The translations under genes were made by a program, and so were the position numbers. A stretch of DNA of 64,000 nt from Promethearchaeota archaeon. GTDB lineage: Archaea; Asgardarchaeota; Thorarchaeia; Thorarchaeales; Thorarchaeaceae. The notes under the pieces were generated by a model. It was not told the DNA's origin and did no database searches. It saw only the letters and a list, made by a program, of their open reading frames with translations. The stretch's first letter is position 1, and the number at the start of each line of letters is the position of its first letter. The stretch covers positions 1-64,000 of the forward strand of contig JBHLPF010000001.1 in assembly GCA_048939765.1 (NCBI GenBank), read 5' to 3'. Positions 28,531-38,045 of this stretch are shown piece by piece.

Positions 28531-30147
28531 TTATTCCTCGTAGAAGACCTTGAACTTTGGATTTCCCATTGCACCAGTATTTAGGTTGAGGAGAGTCACG
28601 ATACCAGGGGTGGGCACAATTCCTTGTTTGCGCATGAAGTCAGTCTGTGCTTGGAAAGTACCTGAATTGATTATTTTTACTCTGTGAGGGTGATTGCTCA
28701 CAGCATTGTGATGTGCATGTCCAAAGTGAATTATGTCAGGTGGTGTGTCTATGACCATCCAATCACGATGAAGTGGAGCTAACTCTGTCTTTCCTCCAAA
28801 TAGTGGAGCTAGATGGCGTTTCTCGAGAAGTGCTTTCATTGGAATTGTTGGTTTCTGATATGAAGCACCTGGAATGTTTGTTACTAGGTCGTCTAATGAA
28901 TCACCATGATTGAGTACGATGTTGACTCTCTCAACAACAACATGACAAGGGTCCCCAAGCATAGTGATGCGATCACCCAAGTCATATAGAGGACCTGCAA
29001 ACTCCTTGAGAATTGGAGGGCGTGGAAGTGCCTGTCTGCATGCATCATGATTTCCAGGTATACACAATATCTTGATTCTATCAGGGAGTTCGCGAAGTTT
29101 ACTGGCTAGGAGAGCATATTGCTCGTATATACTGGGTATAGCCAAGTCGTTCCGTTGTTCGGGATATACCCCAACACCATCCACCAGATCACCTGCAATG
29201 AATAAGTACTCTGTTTGATCAATCATATGTTTCTCAGAATCATCTACGTCAATTCCACCTAGCCATCTAATAAACTGGTCAAATTCATCCTCCAGAAACT
29301 CATTACTACCACAATGCAAATCTGAAATGAATGCTGCATAGACCTCACGTTGTGCCTTACCCCCTCCTCTGATCATAGGAATTCCGGGGAATATCACATC
29401 CTCCGCAATCATCCTCTCATTTTGATCCACATATCCCTTGACACACAAAACTTCGTCCAGAAGAACTGAATTTGCTTTCTCAGCTAGTTTCTGACCATTT
29501 GGGCTCCTCATGTTTGTGGGAACCACACAAATCATAGATCCTGTCTTGTCCTCAATATCTAGGATTATGTTGTCGGACAGAGAGGTTTTTTTGTCTCTCA
29601 CAATGCCTATCACGGTCACACTTGGTGGTCGTTCACTTCCCTGTCCTTCAGCCTTCAGAATCCTGTAACGTTGCGAGTCAACGCCTGTCGTCTGTGCAGC
29701 AGCTGGTGTGAGAGCGCCCTGAGTGTCCATCCTGCTGTCGTATATCTCCTTGATTCGATTATAGCGGTCAGCAAACAGAGCCAAGAAATCTTCTACAGAT
29801 CCTTCAGAACCAACTGATTCCATGTCAGGGCTCTTTAGAATCCTGATGGACCGGCCTGCGTCCTCAATTGGTTCTTGATATGAAGGCTCAGGAGTTTCAG
29901 GTGGTATATGTATGTCGACTGGCTCTGGTACGACTTCTGATTCAGTATCTTTGTCATTCAATAGATGCTCTATGAATTCGCGTGATAGGACCGACGGACA
30001 TGATGTTCCTCTGCAGGCAATGATTATAGATTCCACTACTTGATCTGGTGATTCCAGACTCAGGACGTAATCTAATGCATCAGGAGAGATTTGAAGGCCT
30101 GAGCCGATTAACTTCTTTATCATGTTTCGTCGGTCAACTTTCGTCAA
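28531..30147 (-). CDS. polD1: DNA polymerase D small subunit DP1 (proofreading exonuclease)
   Basis: FISDLHCGS, AGDLVDGVGVYP, PGNHD, RHLAP, GHAH, NSGTFQAQT; start uncertain. Confidence 0.94.
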   Translation of the reverse strand: MTKVDRRNMIKKLIGSGLQISPDALDYVLSLESPDQVVESIIIACRGTSCPSVLSREFIEHLLNDKDTESEVVPEPVDIHIPPETPEPSYQEPIEDAGRSIRILKSPDMESVGSEGSVEDFLALFADRYNRIKEIYDSRMDTQGALTPAAAQTTGVDSQRYRILKAEGQGSERPPSVTVIGIVRDKKTSLSDNIILDIEDKTGSMICVVPTNMRSPNGQKLAEKANSVLLDEVLCVKGYVDQNERMIAEDVIFPGIPMIRGGGKAQREVYAAFISDLHCGSNEFLEDEFDQFIRWLGGIDVDDSEKHMIDQTEYLFIAGDLVDGVGVYPEQRNDLAIPSIYEQYALLASKLRELPDRIKILCIPGNHDACRQALPRPPILKEFAGPLYDLGDRITMLGDPCHVVVERVNIVLNHGDSLDDLVTNIPGASYQKPTIPMKALLEKRHLAPLFGGKTELAPLHRDWMVIDTPPDIIHFGHAHHNAVSNHPHRVKIINSGTFQAQTDFMRKQGIVPTPGIVTLLNLNTGAMGNPKFKVFYEE

Positions 30148-30331
30148 GGGACACCGCATCGGTGGTACTTGCCACTCTATTTTAAACGTCTGCCCAAGAA
30201 TGACCACGCGCTGAAAAGAGTCTAGTTTCTTACTCCGTGCAGGTTCTTGAAAATGAAACAGGCGGGAAGTGTAATAAGCCTGCACTTCAACGATGATTTG
30301 GCGCCAACCAGTCGCAGGTGGAACGGAGCGA

Positions 30332-31321
30332 ATGGTCAATTATAGGAAACTCCAGCAGACAGGCGGAGAGAAAGGTAGTTCATTCTCCATTATCCTCCCA
30401 AAGGATTGGGTGAGAAAGAGATGGGATCTCAGCAAGGGTGACAGCGTTGTAGTTGCTGAAAGAGATGATGGTTGCCTCATAATAGATCCACGGCCTCAAA
30501 AGCCAGGAGACACAAGATCAACCGTTATACAAATGGAAACCAATCTGCGATGGGAGATAACAAGCAAGTACCTATTGGGATTTGATGAGATTCGTGTTGT
30601 AAGTAGTAACCCAATAACCAACACTCAAAGGCTAGAACTGAAGAAAATGATCAACAGGTTCGTAGCTTTGGAGATTACTGATGAGATTGATGATGACAGG
30701 CATGAGATTGTAGTGAGGTGCCTGGTTGATCCTTCAACTCTGCCTGTGCGAAAGGCAATGAGGAGAATGAACCTGATTGCTTCTAGAATGTTAGATGATG
30801 CATTGAGAGCATACTTCGATGGTGCCCGCGAATCTGCAGAAGACATTATCCAAAGAGACGAGGAGGTGGATCGCCTCTTCTTCCTAATAGTACGGGAACT
30901 CCGGTCTGCTGTGCAATATCCACGAATTTCTGAATTAATGAATATCGCCCCTGTTGAGGCTTTGGATTTGAGGCTGGCCGTTCAGTACATAGAACGCATT
31001 GCAGATCTTTCTGTCGATATTGCCAGAACAACGGAGAAGGCTGTGGAGAAGAGTCTGGTGAAGAAAATGGAACCAATCGCTAACAGTGTGAGAGAGATGC
31101 TAGCCGTGTCTGTAGAGAATCTCTTCAAATTCGACCCGGGAAAGGTGACCGCTGTTATCAAAGGGGAGAGGGGTCTTATTGAAGACATAGCAGAGATTCG
31201 ACAGTATCTTATCTCAAAATCAAATCGTGAACCACATAACGAACTATTTGTGATAGACTGTCTATTGAGGATTGGAGAAGCAGCGAAAGATATCGTGGAC
31301 TTGGCATTACCACAGAACTGA
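30332..31321 (+). CDS. AbrB-PhoU phosphate uptake regulator
   Basis: RKLQQTG..S..I.LPKDW; DEEVDRL; YIERIAD. Confidence 0.88.
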   Translation: MVNYRKLQQTGGEKGSSFSIILPKDWVRKRWDLSKGDSVVVAERDDGCLIIDPRPQKPGDTRSTVIQMETNLRWEITSKYLLGFDEIRVVSSNPITNTQRLELKKMINRFVALEITDEIDDDRHEIVVRCLVDPSTLPVRKAMRRMNLIASRMLDDALRAYFDGARESAEDIIQRDEEVDRLFFLIVRELRSAVQYPRISELMNIAPVEALDLRLAVQYIERIADLSVDIARTTEKAVEKSLVKKMEPIANSVREMLAVSVENLFKFDPGKVTAVIKGERGLIEDIAEIRQYLISKSNREPHNELFVIDCLLRIGEAAKDIVDLALPQN

Positions 31322-31333
31322 GAGGTGTGTTCA

Positions 31334-32719
31334 ATGGGTCAGAGGCTCTTTGGAACTAGTGGAATTCGTGGAGGCATAGACTCGAAAGTAACTGTAGATC
31401 TTGCTCTAGGGCTTGGCCGCGCTTTGGGAACGCTCCTGAAAGGACAAGGTACGGTTGGCGTAGGCATAGATGCAAGAACATCTAGGGAGATGCTGAAAGG
31501 CGCGTTCCTTTCAGGCATATTATCAACTGGTGTGGACGTGATTGATTTGGGCATAGCTCCGATGCCCACTGTTGCCTTTCATAGCTCAGTAAAAGGCACA
31601 TCTGCATCCGTCATAATCACAGCAAGTCATAATCCACCGACAGACAATGGATTCAAGTTCTTCCTAGAAGGTCGTGAGTTCATCCGATCAGAGGAGGAGT
31701 TCTTAGAGGCACGTGTGTCTGATCGTGAATTCATCGTGGCTGATTGGCAGACCATAGGCCAACTTCATTATCTGAATATCAGGGAACAGTATCTCAGTCG
31801 AGTCAAGGATTTTGTGCTGAGTAGAGGAGGAATAAGCAAAGGCACGAAGGTATTGGTCGATGCTGCGAATGGAGCGGCCACAGACTATACACCCCATCTT
31901 CTCAGAGACCTCGGATGCTCGGTCACGACCGTAAATGCTCACCAAGATGGACATTTTCCAGGAAGGCCAGCGGAACCTTCTCCGAAGAATCTGAAAGATA
32001 CAATGAAGATGATTGCAGACTCTGATTTCTCAGTGGCTCTGTGCCATGATGGTGATGGTGACCGCCTGGCTGTGATTGATGAGGATGGTAAATTCATAGA
32101 CCAGAACAGGGTCATAGCGTTGTTTGCTAGAGATGAAGTACGACGAAAGGGCGGAGGCACTGTAGTGGTATCAATCGACACGTCCAGTGTCATTGATGAG
32201 GTTGTTCGCGCTGAGGGAGGTGAAGTCGTAAGAGCTCCTCTGGGCTCATTACAGGAGATTCTCGCAGTCAGGACTGATGGCAGCGTTGTCTTTGCCTCAG
32301 AACCCTGGAAGCCAATATTCGCAGACCTCGGTTGCTGGATGGATGGTGTGACTGGTGCAGCTAGGTTCGTCCAGATGATGGATGAAATGGGTGATAGTAG
32401 TTGTATCAGGTTGATGAAATCGATACCTGAATATCCCATTTTACGTGACAACATCCCATGTCCAGACAAGATTAAGCCACGATTCATTTCAATGGTCAAG
32501 GAGATGCTTGTTCCAGAGATTAGTGATATTGAACAGATTCTAGAGGAAGATGGAATCAGGATAGAACGTAAGGATGGATCATATCTACTCGTCAGAGTTT
32601 CTGGCACGGAACCAAAGGCTCGCGTCTACATTGGTGCTAAGAACCAAGCGACGCTAGACAGACTTGCAAAGCTTTCAATGGATATCATGAAGCGTGCTGT
32701 AGAAACGGCAGGTAAGTGA
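31334..32719 (+). CDS. Phosphohexomutase (phosphoglucosamine/phosphomannomutase family)
   Basis: LFGTSGIRG, TASHNP, DGDGDR, RVSGTEP. Confidence 0.93.
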   Translation: MGQRLFGTSGIRGGIDSKVTVDLALGLGRALGTLLKGQGTVGVGIDARTSREMLKGAFLSGILSTGVDVIDLGIAPMPTVAFHSSVKGTSASVIITASHNPPTDNGFKFFLEGREFIRSEEEFLEARVSDREFIVADWQTIGQLHYLNIREQYLSRVKDFVLSRGGISKGTKVLVDAANGAATDYTPHLLRDLGCSVTTVNAHQDGHFPGRPAEPSPKNLKDTMKMIADSDFSVALCHDGDGDRLAVIDEDGKFIDQNRVIALFARDEVRRKGGGTVVVSIDTSSVIDEVVRAEGGEVVRAPLGSLQEILAVRTDGSVVFASEPWKPIFADLGCWMDGVTGAARFVQMMDEMGDSSCIRLMKSIPEYPILRDNIPCPDKIKPRFISMVKEMLVPEISDIEQILEEDGIRIERKDGSYLLVRVSGTEPKARVYIGAKNQATLDRLAKLSMDIMKRAVETAGK

Positions 32720-32774
32720 ATTTGGAGAGTTACAGTTAAATCAGAACTTTGGAGCATAACTGTTGTCATACTAT

Positions 32775-32906
32775 GCCGGGGTATCCAAGCGGCTACGGAG
32801 GCGGTCTCGAACTGTTCCGCTTACGAGAAAACCGCTGTCTTCGGACTCATGGGTTCGAGAGGCCCTAACCATCTGTTCGGGCTCGAGTGTCCCATCCCCG
32901 GCGCCA
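32775..32906 (+). tRNA. tRNA-Ser(CGA) with two introns (32812..32829 at 37/38; 32860..32889 at 59/60), CCA encoded
   Basis: GCCGGGG/CCCCGGC acceptor stem, GCGGT/ACCGC anticodon stem, variable arm GTC-TTCG-GAC, ATGGG/CCCAT T-stem; both inserts bounded by BHB motifs. Confidence 0.9.
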
Positions 32907-32942
32907 TCTGTTTCTATTCCGCAATCAATAGAGAGAAAGAAT

Positions 32943-33030
32943 TGGTGCGGAGGGCGAGATTTGAACTCGCGAACTTCTACAAGACAGGGACCTAAACCCT
33001 GCGCCTTTGACCAGGCTTGGCAACCTCCGC
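32943..33030 (-). tRNA. tRNA-Leu(TAG), CCA encoded
   Basis: GCGGAGG/CCTCCGC acceptor stem, CAGGG-TTTAGGT-CCCTG, long variable arm, TTCAAAT T-loop. Confidence 0.95.
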
Positions 33031-33090
33031 GTGTGTTGCATGAAAGCCTCTAGTCTTGATATAATCATTTTGGAACAAAACAGACAATAT

Positions 33091-33225
33091 TCAGTCCTTT
33101 TTCTCCCAAGTATTGCTGCATCTTGGACAGCGGTAGTGTCTTCTGTAGCCGCCATCCCCCATCATCTCTTTCTTCACCATAGCGACTTCTTTGTAGCCAC
33201 ACCGAGGACATACAATCTCTGTCAT
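33091..33225 (-). CDS. 44-aa zinc-ribbon microprotein
   Basis: Manual translation MTEIVCPRCGYKEVAMVKKEMMGDGGYRRHYRCPRCSNTWEKKD; GGAG upstream; below the ORF-track cutoff. Confidence 0.75.
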   Translation of the reverse strand: MTEIVCPRCGYKEVAMVKKEMMGDGGYRRHYRCPRCSNTWEKKD

Positions 33226-33448
33226 TGTTGTTGTCTCCAAATCGTCCAGCAATACATCCCATATCTAGTTTGCTCGGGTGTGTCTAATAGTTTCATCTCA
33301 TTTGAACGAAAGCGGCAATTCTAGAGCGGTTCATGTCACAATGTTTTTATTCGACTCGTTGAATGTCGGCGCGGTCCGGGGGCTCAGACCCACAGACCAA
33401 ATCGTGATTCTTTAGATTCACTAATACTCACATGAGCGTGAAAGTCAG

Positions 33449-34093
33449 ATGTCCTCAAGAAGCAGGCAAGCAGCGGCAAGGACCAGAGACAAGTGGCGTG
33501 AGAAGGGCTGGTACCAGATACTCGCACCAGACTATTTTGATAACAAAGAGATAGGTCTCACACCAGCTGGTACTTCAGAGCAGTTGATTGGACGCACAGT
33601 AGAACCCACCCTGTATGACCTAAATGGGGACTTTGATTCAATCCATGTGAAGATACGGTTCAAGATTCTTGAGGTAGTAGGACAACAGGCAAACACTGTC
33701 TTTCATGGACATGAGTGGAGCTCGGACTATCTAAGGGGTCTTGTGCGAAGAGGCACATCCAGAATCGACTGGATAGGCCCTATTTTGACAAAGGACGACT
33801 TCCTAATGCGGATCTCAGTCATTGTCTTCACGAACACCCGATCAAGGACAAGTCAAGAACATGCAGTCAGAAAGACCATCGAGCGGATCATAAGGAAACA
33901 TGCCAAGCTTCATGTCTTTGATGAACTCGTTCAAAAGGTGTTGTTAGGAGAACTGGCCTCTGAAGTACACGAAGAAGTCAAGAAGATAATACCCATCAGA
34001 CAGTGTGAGATCCGAAAGAGCAAAGTCCTGAAGGGACCTGAGGAAGTAAAGGCACGTAGGGCCAGACTTCGAAGGGGAACCAAGAAGGAATAG
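33449..34093 (+). CDS. rps3ae: 30S ribosomal protein eS1 (S3Ae)
   Basis: DKWREK.WY...AP, GRTVE.TLYDL, DYLRGLVRRGTSRID, EIRKSKV. Confidence 0.96.
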   Translation: MSSRSRQAAARTRDKWREKGWYQILAPDYFDNKEIGLTPAGTSEQLIGRTVEPTLYDLNGDFDSIHVKIRFKILEVVGQQANTVFHGHEWSSDYLRGLVRRGTSRIDWIGPILTKDDFLMRISVIVFTNTRSRTSQEHAVRKTIERIIRKHAKLHVFDELVQKVLLGELASEVHEEVKKIIPIRQCEIRKSKVLKGPEEVKARRARLRRGTKKE

Positions 34094-34095
34094 TT

Positions 34096-34449
34096 CTAGC
34101 TACTCATGCTCTCCAGTTTGTGTAGGGATTGCAGAAGGAGTACCATAAGATTAGCAAGCTTTGTCAGTGCCTCTGTGTCGTTTTCGGCTTCCAAGACACT
34201 GGTTAGGGAAGAGAGCTTCCGTATCAGAGTTTCTCTTAACTGCGGAATCAGAACCTTGACTGCTTGAGTTTCAGCTTCTTCATCAGATTCTGCATATACG
34301 ATTCTTCGATCACAAGTGGCACAGTATATGTCGTCCTGTACTTTCATGAGGGGGGAACCGCATTGCGGACATGACTCTGCTAGCATTGTTGCACCACGGC
34401 GGAGAAGTTCAGCCATCTTCTTGACTGAACCTTCATTCGTCTTGTCCAT
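34096..34449 (-). CDS. UPF0148 / autoantigen-p27-like zinc-finger protein
   Basis: MAELLRRGATMLAESCPQCGSPL...YCATC. Confidence 0.88.
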   Translation of the reverse strand: MDKTNEGSVKKMAELLRRGATMLAESCPQCGSPLMKVQDDIYCATCDRRIVYAESDEEAETQAVKVLIPQLRETLIRKLSSLTSVLEAENDTEALTKLANLMVLLLQSLHKLESMSS

Positions 34450-34622
34450 GTTAGCCACAATAGGAATCAGAGTATTAGCGGATATAAGACAATCCACTAT
34501 AGAAGGTCGACGAGGGTTCATGATACTTAGCTCGACGGAAACGTTGATATGCGCAACTTCAGGTCTTTGTCCTGTTGTTCGCACTCCATTTGTGCGTAGA
34601 GACAATTCAGAGGTGAGTCCAG

Positions 34623-34889
34623 ATGGACGCCGAAACCCAGCAGAACATAGACCTAAGCAAACAGCTTCTTAAGCAGATTTCAGAGAACAACTCGGTTCCC
34701 CGAAACATCAGGCGAGCCGCCAATGAGGCCATTGCAGCACTGGAGAATGAAGCGGATTCACCCGCCGCCAGGGCACAGAATGCAATTGCAATTCTGGATG
34801 AACCAAATCAAGATCCGAATTGTCCCAACTTTGCTCGCACAAGAATTTGGCGCGTATTAAGCAATCTAGAGCCAATACGTGATGCATGA
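34623..34889 (+). CDS. UPF0147 family protein
   Basis: SVPRNIRRAA, AIAILDE...DPN.P..ART.IW. Confidence 0.9.
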   Translation: MDAETQQNIDLSKQLLKQISENNSVPRNIRRAANEAIAALENEADSPAARAQNAIAILDEPNQDPNCPNFARTRIWRVLSNLEPIRDA

Positions 34890-34972
34890 GCAATGAACAG
34901 TGGAGCTCGCGACCAGTCAAAAACCGCTGACGGTACGATGTTGGTGCCTTATGCTCGGGCCAGTGTTCACAC

Positions 34973-36430
34973 ATGATTAAGGCAAGAATAAGAGGGATCT
35001 ATGCTCAATCGCTAACCCAGATAATGCTACAGAACCACTTTGAGATGGTGCAACCTACTCCTGAGGTAGCAAGGAGATTTGGACTACCCTTCCGAAGTGA
35101 GATACCTGATGTTGATATCTGGGATCGTAGTGATCTTCAGGGCATTGTAGCAATTGCCTATGAGTCAATTCTGGGGAAACTGACCGAGGTATTGCGACGA
35201 CGACTTGGCTGGGTGATAACACGCACACCGCGAGTTGCAAAGAGCTCTATCTACAAGGGGTTTGTTCTTGGCAGAGATGAAAAGACAGGCCAGACTCGAA
35301 TTGACCTTGGCATCATCTCGGGACTACTTCCAGATAGAGGGCTGAGAAGAGGCGACGATATCATGATCCAAGTTCGGGCGCATGATTATGGACGCAAGGC
35401 TCCAGTTCTGTCGTCAAGCATAACAATACCCGGACGCTCTGCAGTGCTTCTGCCAGAACCTGTAGTAAGACTCAGCACCAAAATCAAAGATCAAGAGGTG
35501 AGGAATAATCTCATGGTCTTGGGAAGAAAGCTTAGAGAACACACTGAAGACTGGGGAATTCTCTGGAGGACTGCGGCTGAGAAGCTCACAGAGGAAGAAC
35601 TACGAAATGAAGTGGAAGATCTGCTTGATGTAGCGCAGAGAATCTATTCCAAATATGACGAACTGGATACAACCGATTTGCTCTTTGAGGGAACCAGTAA
35701 TGCAGATATCGAGTTTCCAGCAGAAGTGAAGGAAGCACTGGATAAGACAAGAGCCAAAATCAAGCCTACTGTTGACAAACATCACTTCTACAAGAGCGCA
35801 GGATATGCACCCTTGGTAGACTTGGTCGAGTTATTGATTGAAGATCGCCCAGAAGAACGAAGATACTTTGCTTCGAAGCTAGAGAAAGTAATTGGCATGG
35901 ATATGCCAAAAGTTGACGATCCAATTAACATTGAACATGTGAAGCTGGATGGGAGGTCAATTCTCTTGACAAAAGGAAGAGTTGTCGAAACAAATCCGCG
36001 GGGACTGGTTGTTCGACGACAATTTCGTCATACAAGTCGCAAGCTCAAACTGCTGCAGGACTATCCAGAAGGAGTGGAAGTCCCTAGAGATGAAGGGGAC
36101 TATGCACTGACTGAAGTAGTTCCTGGCTCTATGACTCTTATCACACAATATTATTCAAAGAACGATGAATTGAAGGGAACCTACTTGAACATCAATACTG
36201 GTGTCGAGCTCTACCCCAGTAATGGAAACGGTCCTGGGCGTATCCGATATGTCGACCTTGAAATTGATGTGATTAAGACTCCATTTGAGGAGAATGGGAA
36301 GGTACGTGTGATCGACCAGCATCTCTTGAAACGTGCAGTTCAAAGAGGTTTCATTACTAATGAGATGGCAAGTCAGGCGCGTTCAAGAGCTGATGCCATC
36401 CATAGCGAGCTTCTAAGTCAGGATAACTGA
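34973..36430 (+). CDS. fau-1: FAU-1-like ribonuclease (RNase E/G-like S1 region plus DUF402)
   Basis: RIRGIY, WGILWRTAA, GTY.NINT.VE.Y, RYVDLEIDV. Confidence 0.88.
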   Translation: MIKARIRGIYAQSLTQIMLQNHFEMVQPTPEVARRFGLPFRSEIPDVDIWDRSDLQGIVAIAYESILGKLTEVLRRRLGWVITRTPRVAKSSIYKGFVLGRDEKTGQTRIDLGIISGLLPDRGLRRGDDIMIQVRAHDYGRKAPVLSSSITIPGRSAVLLPEPVVRLSTKIKDQEVRNNLMVLGRKLREHTEDWGILWRTAAEKLTEEELRNEVEDLLDVAQRIYSKYDELDTTDLLFEGTSNADIEFPAEVKEALDKTRAKIKPTVDKHHFYKSAGYAPLVDLVELLIEDRPEERRYFASKLEKVIGMDMPKVDDPINIEHVKLDGRSILLTKGRVVETNPRGLVVRRQFRHTSRKLKLLQDYPEGVEVPRDEGDYALTEVVPGSMTLITQYYSKNDELKGTYLNINTGVELYPSNGNGPGRIRYVDLEIDVIKTPFEENGKVRVIDQHLLKRAVQRGFITNEMASQARSRADAIHSELLSQDN

Positions 36431-36437
36431 GTTGTTT

Positions 36438-36677
36438 CTATTCAATTGTCCGCATTGTACGCAGAGAGAGGTCGATTGCACCCATCAAGTCTTCAATTGT
36501 TGCACCAAGACTTTTTGGTCCCCGACTACAGTTGATCTCAACAACGAGAACGTTGTCCTTGACTTGTGAATCAATCTCAAGACCGGGTGGCAATGGAAAG
36601 TTATCAGGCGATATTGCCTGAAGAACTTCTTCTGCCTCCAATGGAAACTCAAGAGTCAGCTCAATTACTGCTTTCAT
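36438..36677 (-). CDS. pcc1: KEOPS subunit Pcc1
   Basis: AISPDN, SL.AT..DL; conserved rps15-DHH-pcc1 context. Confidence 0.8.
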   Translation of the reverse strand: MKAVIELTLEFPLEAEEVLQAISPDNFPLPPGLEIDSQVKDNVLVVEINCSRGPKSLGATIEDLMGAIDLSLRTMRTIE

Positions 36678-36685
36678 TGACTCAC

Positions 36686-38011
36686 CTATCTCTTGCCTAC
36701 TAGAGCATTCGCGATTTTTGACTTTGTTTCCTCAGAGGTGTCATTGACTCTCAGCGAATTTGATGATGTGGCATTTGGGTAGACACCCATATCAATTAGA
36801 GATCGAAACAAATCTTGGAGGACAATGGTTCCTGACTTCCATATTGCGGATATGCCGATATCCTTTGAAATGATCATCAACCTATCAGTGTCGACATAAT
36901 TTGCTTCAAGTACGATTCGTCCCACATCGCTCAATATTTCTTCGTGTTCTTCAGCATGTGAGATCATAAGGGGTAGAGCTGTTCCTTCACTCTCTGATTC
37001 CTGAAGAAGCGCAACCATCCGTTCCACACCTGCAATGACGCCTTGTGAATGTGCTTTATATGAATCGAGAAATCTCCTCAGTACCTGCGCCCGATCACCA
37101 AGCCAGATAGCTGTGGAAGCACCGTGTTCAGCTAGAGTCCAAGCAGTTTCAGACATTGCCCTTATTCCAGATAGCAAGCGTGCGGGACTCGTTTCATTTT
37201 CATTGGTAAGAATGAAATCCTGTCCTAAGACTTGGGAAATCACACTAGGATCGAGCTTGAGGGAAAGATGCGCATTCACCTTTGTTGCTTCCTCAGAAGT
37301 GAGGGAGCTAAGAGGCGTCTTGAACTTCGGATAGGGAATATCGGCTTCTTCATAGATCTTGTCACAGACTTCTGGTCTACCACTTAAGTTTGGCAGATAT
37401 GGCCATATGCTGTAAGCTAGAACTTCATTCAAAGGCATGAAGTTGACTCCGAATAGTCTGAACCCCTTTTTCTCCTCAATTAGCCCTTCCTTCTGGGCGG
37501 ATGCTACCACTTCTCTTGCCGCACCTTTCAGCCTCGCAGAGTCGTTATTGAGCAATGTTCCTGCTGCAGCGAGTTGTAGTTCTTTAGAACTGGTTTTGGT
37601 AGTCTCATCAGCAAGGATGTATGATGCTGCAGAGATGGTCCGTTCGTTTCCCATACAAAGTGATTGAGCTTGTTCCGACCCATGGACACCTCCAATGAAA
37701 ACAGGGTAGCCTTTTCCCTTCTTGATGCGTTTCGTGTCTGCAACATCAACTCCAACGACAATCATCGCCGAGTCTGAGTAGGTGCTTCGCAATCTGTTTA
37801 TTTCTTCAGCATACACAACTGGCTCGACGAATGTCATGTGGAATAGACCGCCAGACTTGAAGATAGACCTAGATAGGATTGCTGAAGCGAGTGTGGACTC
37901 AGGCATAGGTGAGCTTACAATTACGACGTGCCTGCCTATTTTGAAAGAAAGCTCTGAATACTGTGTTCTTATGGCTTTGAAACTAGGAGTCCCACGTGAC
38001 TTGCCGCTCAT
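36686..38011 (-). CDS. Degenerate RecJ/DHH-family protein lacking catalytic motifs
   Basis: Lies between rps15 and pcc1; retains family segments (AIL....G..FH.TF, L.YS..PYLP.LSG) but DxD and DHH are replaced. Confidence 0.7.
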   Translation of the reverse strand: MSGKSRGTPSFKAIRTQYSELSFKIGRHVVIVSSPMPESTLASAILSRSIFKSGGLFHMTFVEPVVYAEEINRLRSTYSDSAMIVVGVDVADTKRIKKGKGYPVFIGGVHGSEQAQSLCMGNERTISAASYILADETTKTSSKELQLAAAGTLLNNDSARLKGAAREVVASAQKEGLIEEKKGFRLFGVNFMPLNEVLAYSIWPYLPNLSGRPEVCDKIYEEADIPYPKFKTPLSSLTSEEATKVNAHLSLKLDPSVISQVLGQDFILTNENETSPARLLSGIRAMSETAWTLAEHGASTAIWLGDRAQVLRRFLDSYKAHSQGVIAGVERMVALLQESESEGTALPLMISHAEEHEEILSDVGRIVLEANYVDTDRLMIISKDIGISAIWKSGTIVLQDLFRSLIDMGVYPNATSSNSLRVNDTSEETKSKIANALVGKR

Positions 38012-38045
38012 CTCGTGGCTTAAGAACAAAGCCTTGATGATAAAG

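Noticed and set aside
31939-32607. Long antisense ORFs (for example 222 aa here, 187 aa at 26585, 173 aa at 53935)
   Set aside because: Each is an exact antisense shadow of a well-conserved gene, Ser/Ile-rich with no motifs.
32763-33324. ORF-track ORFs at 32763..33053, 32925..33155, 33007..33324 and 33065..33262
   Set aside because: They overlap two tRNA genes and the better-supported 44-aa zinc-ribbon frame.
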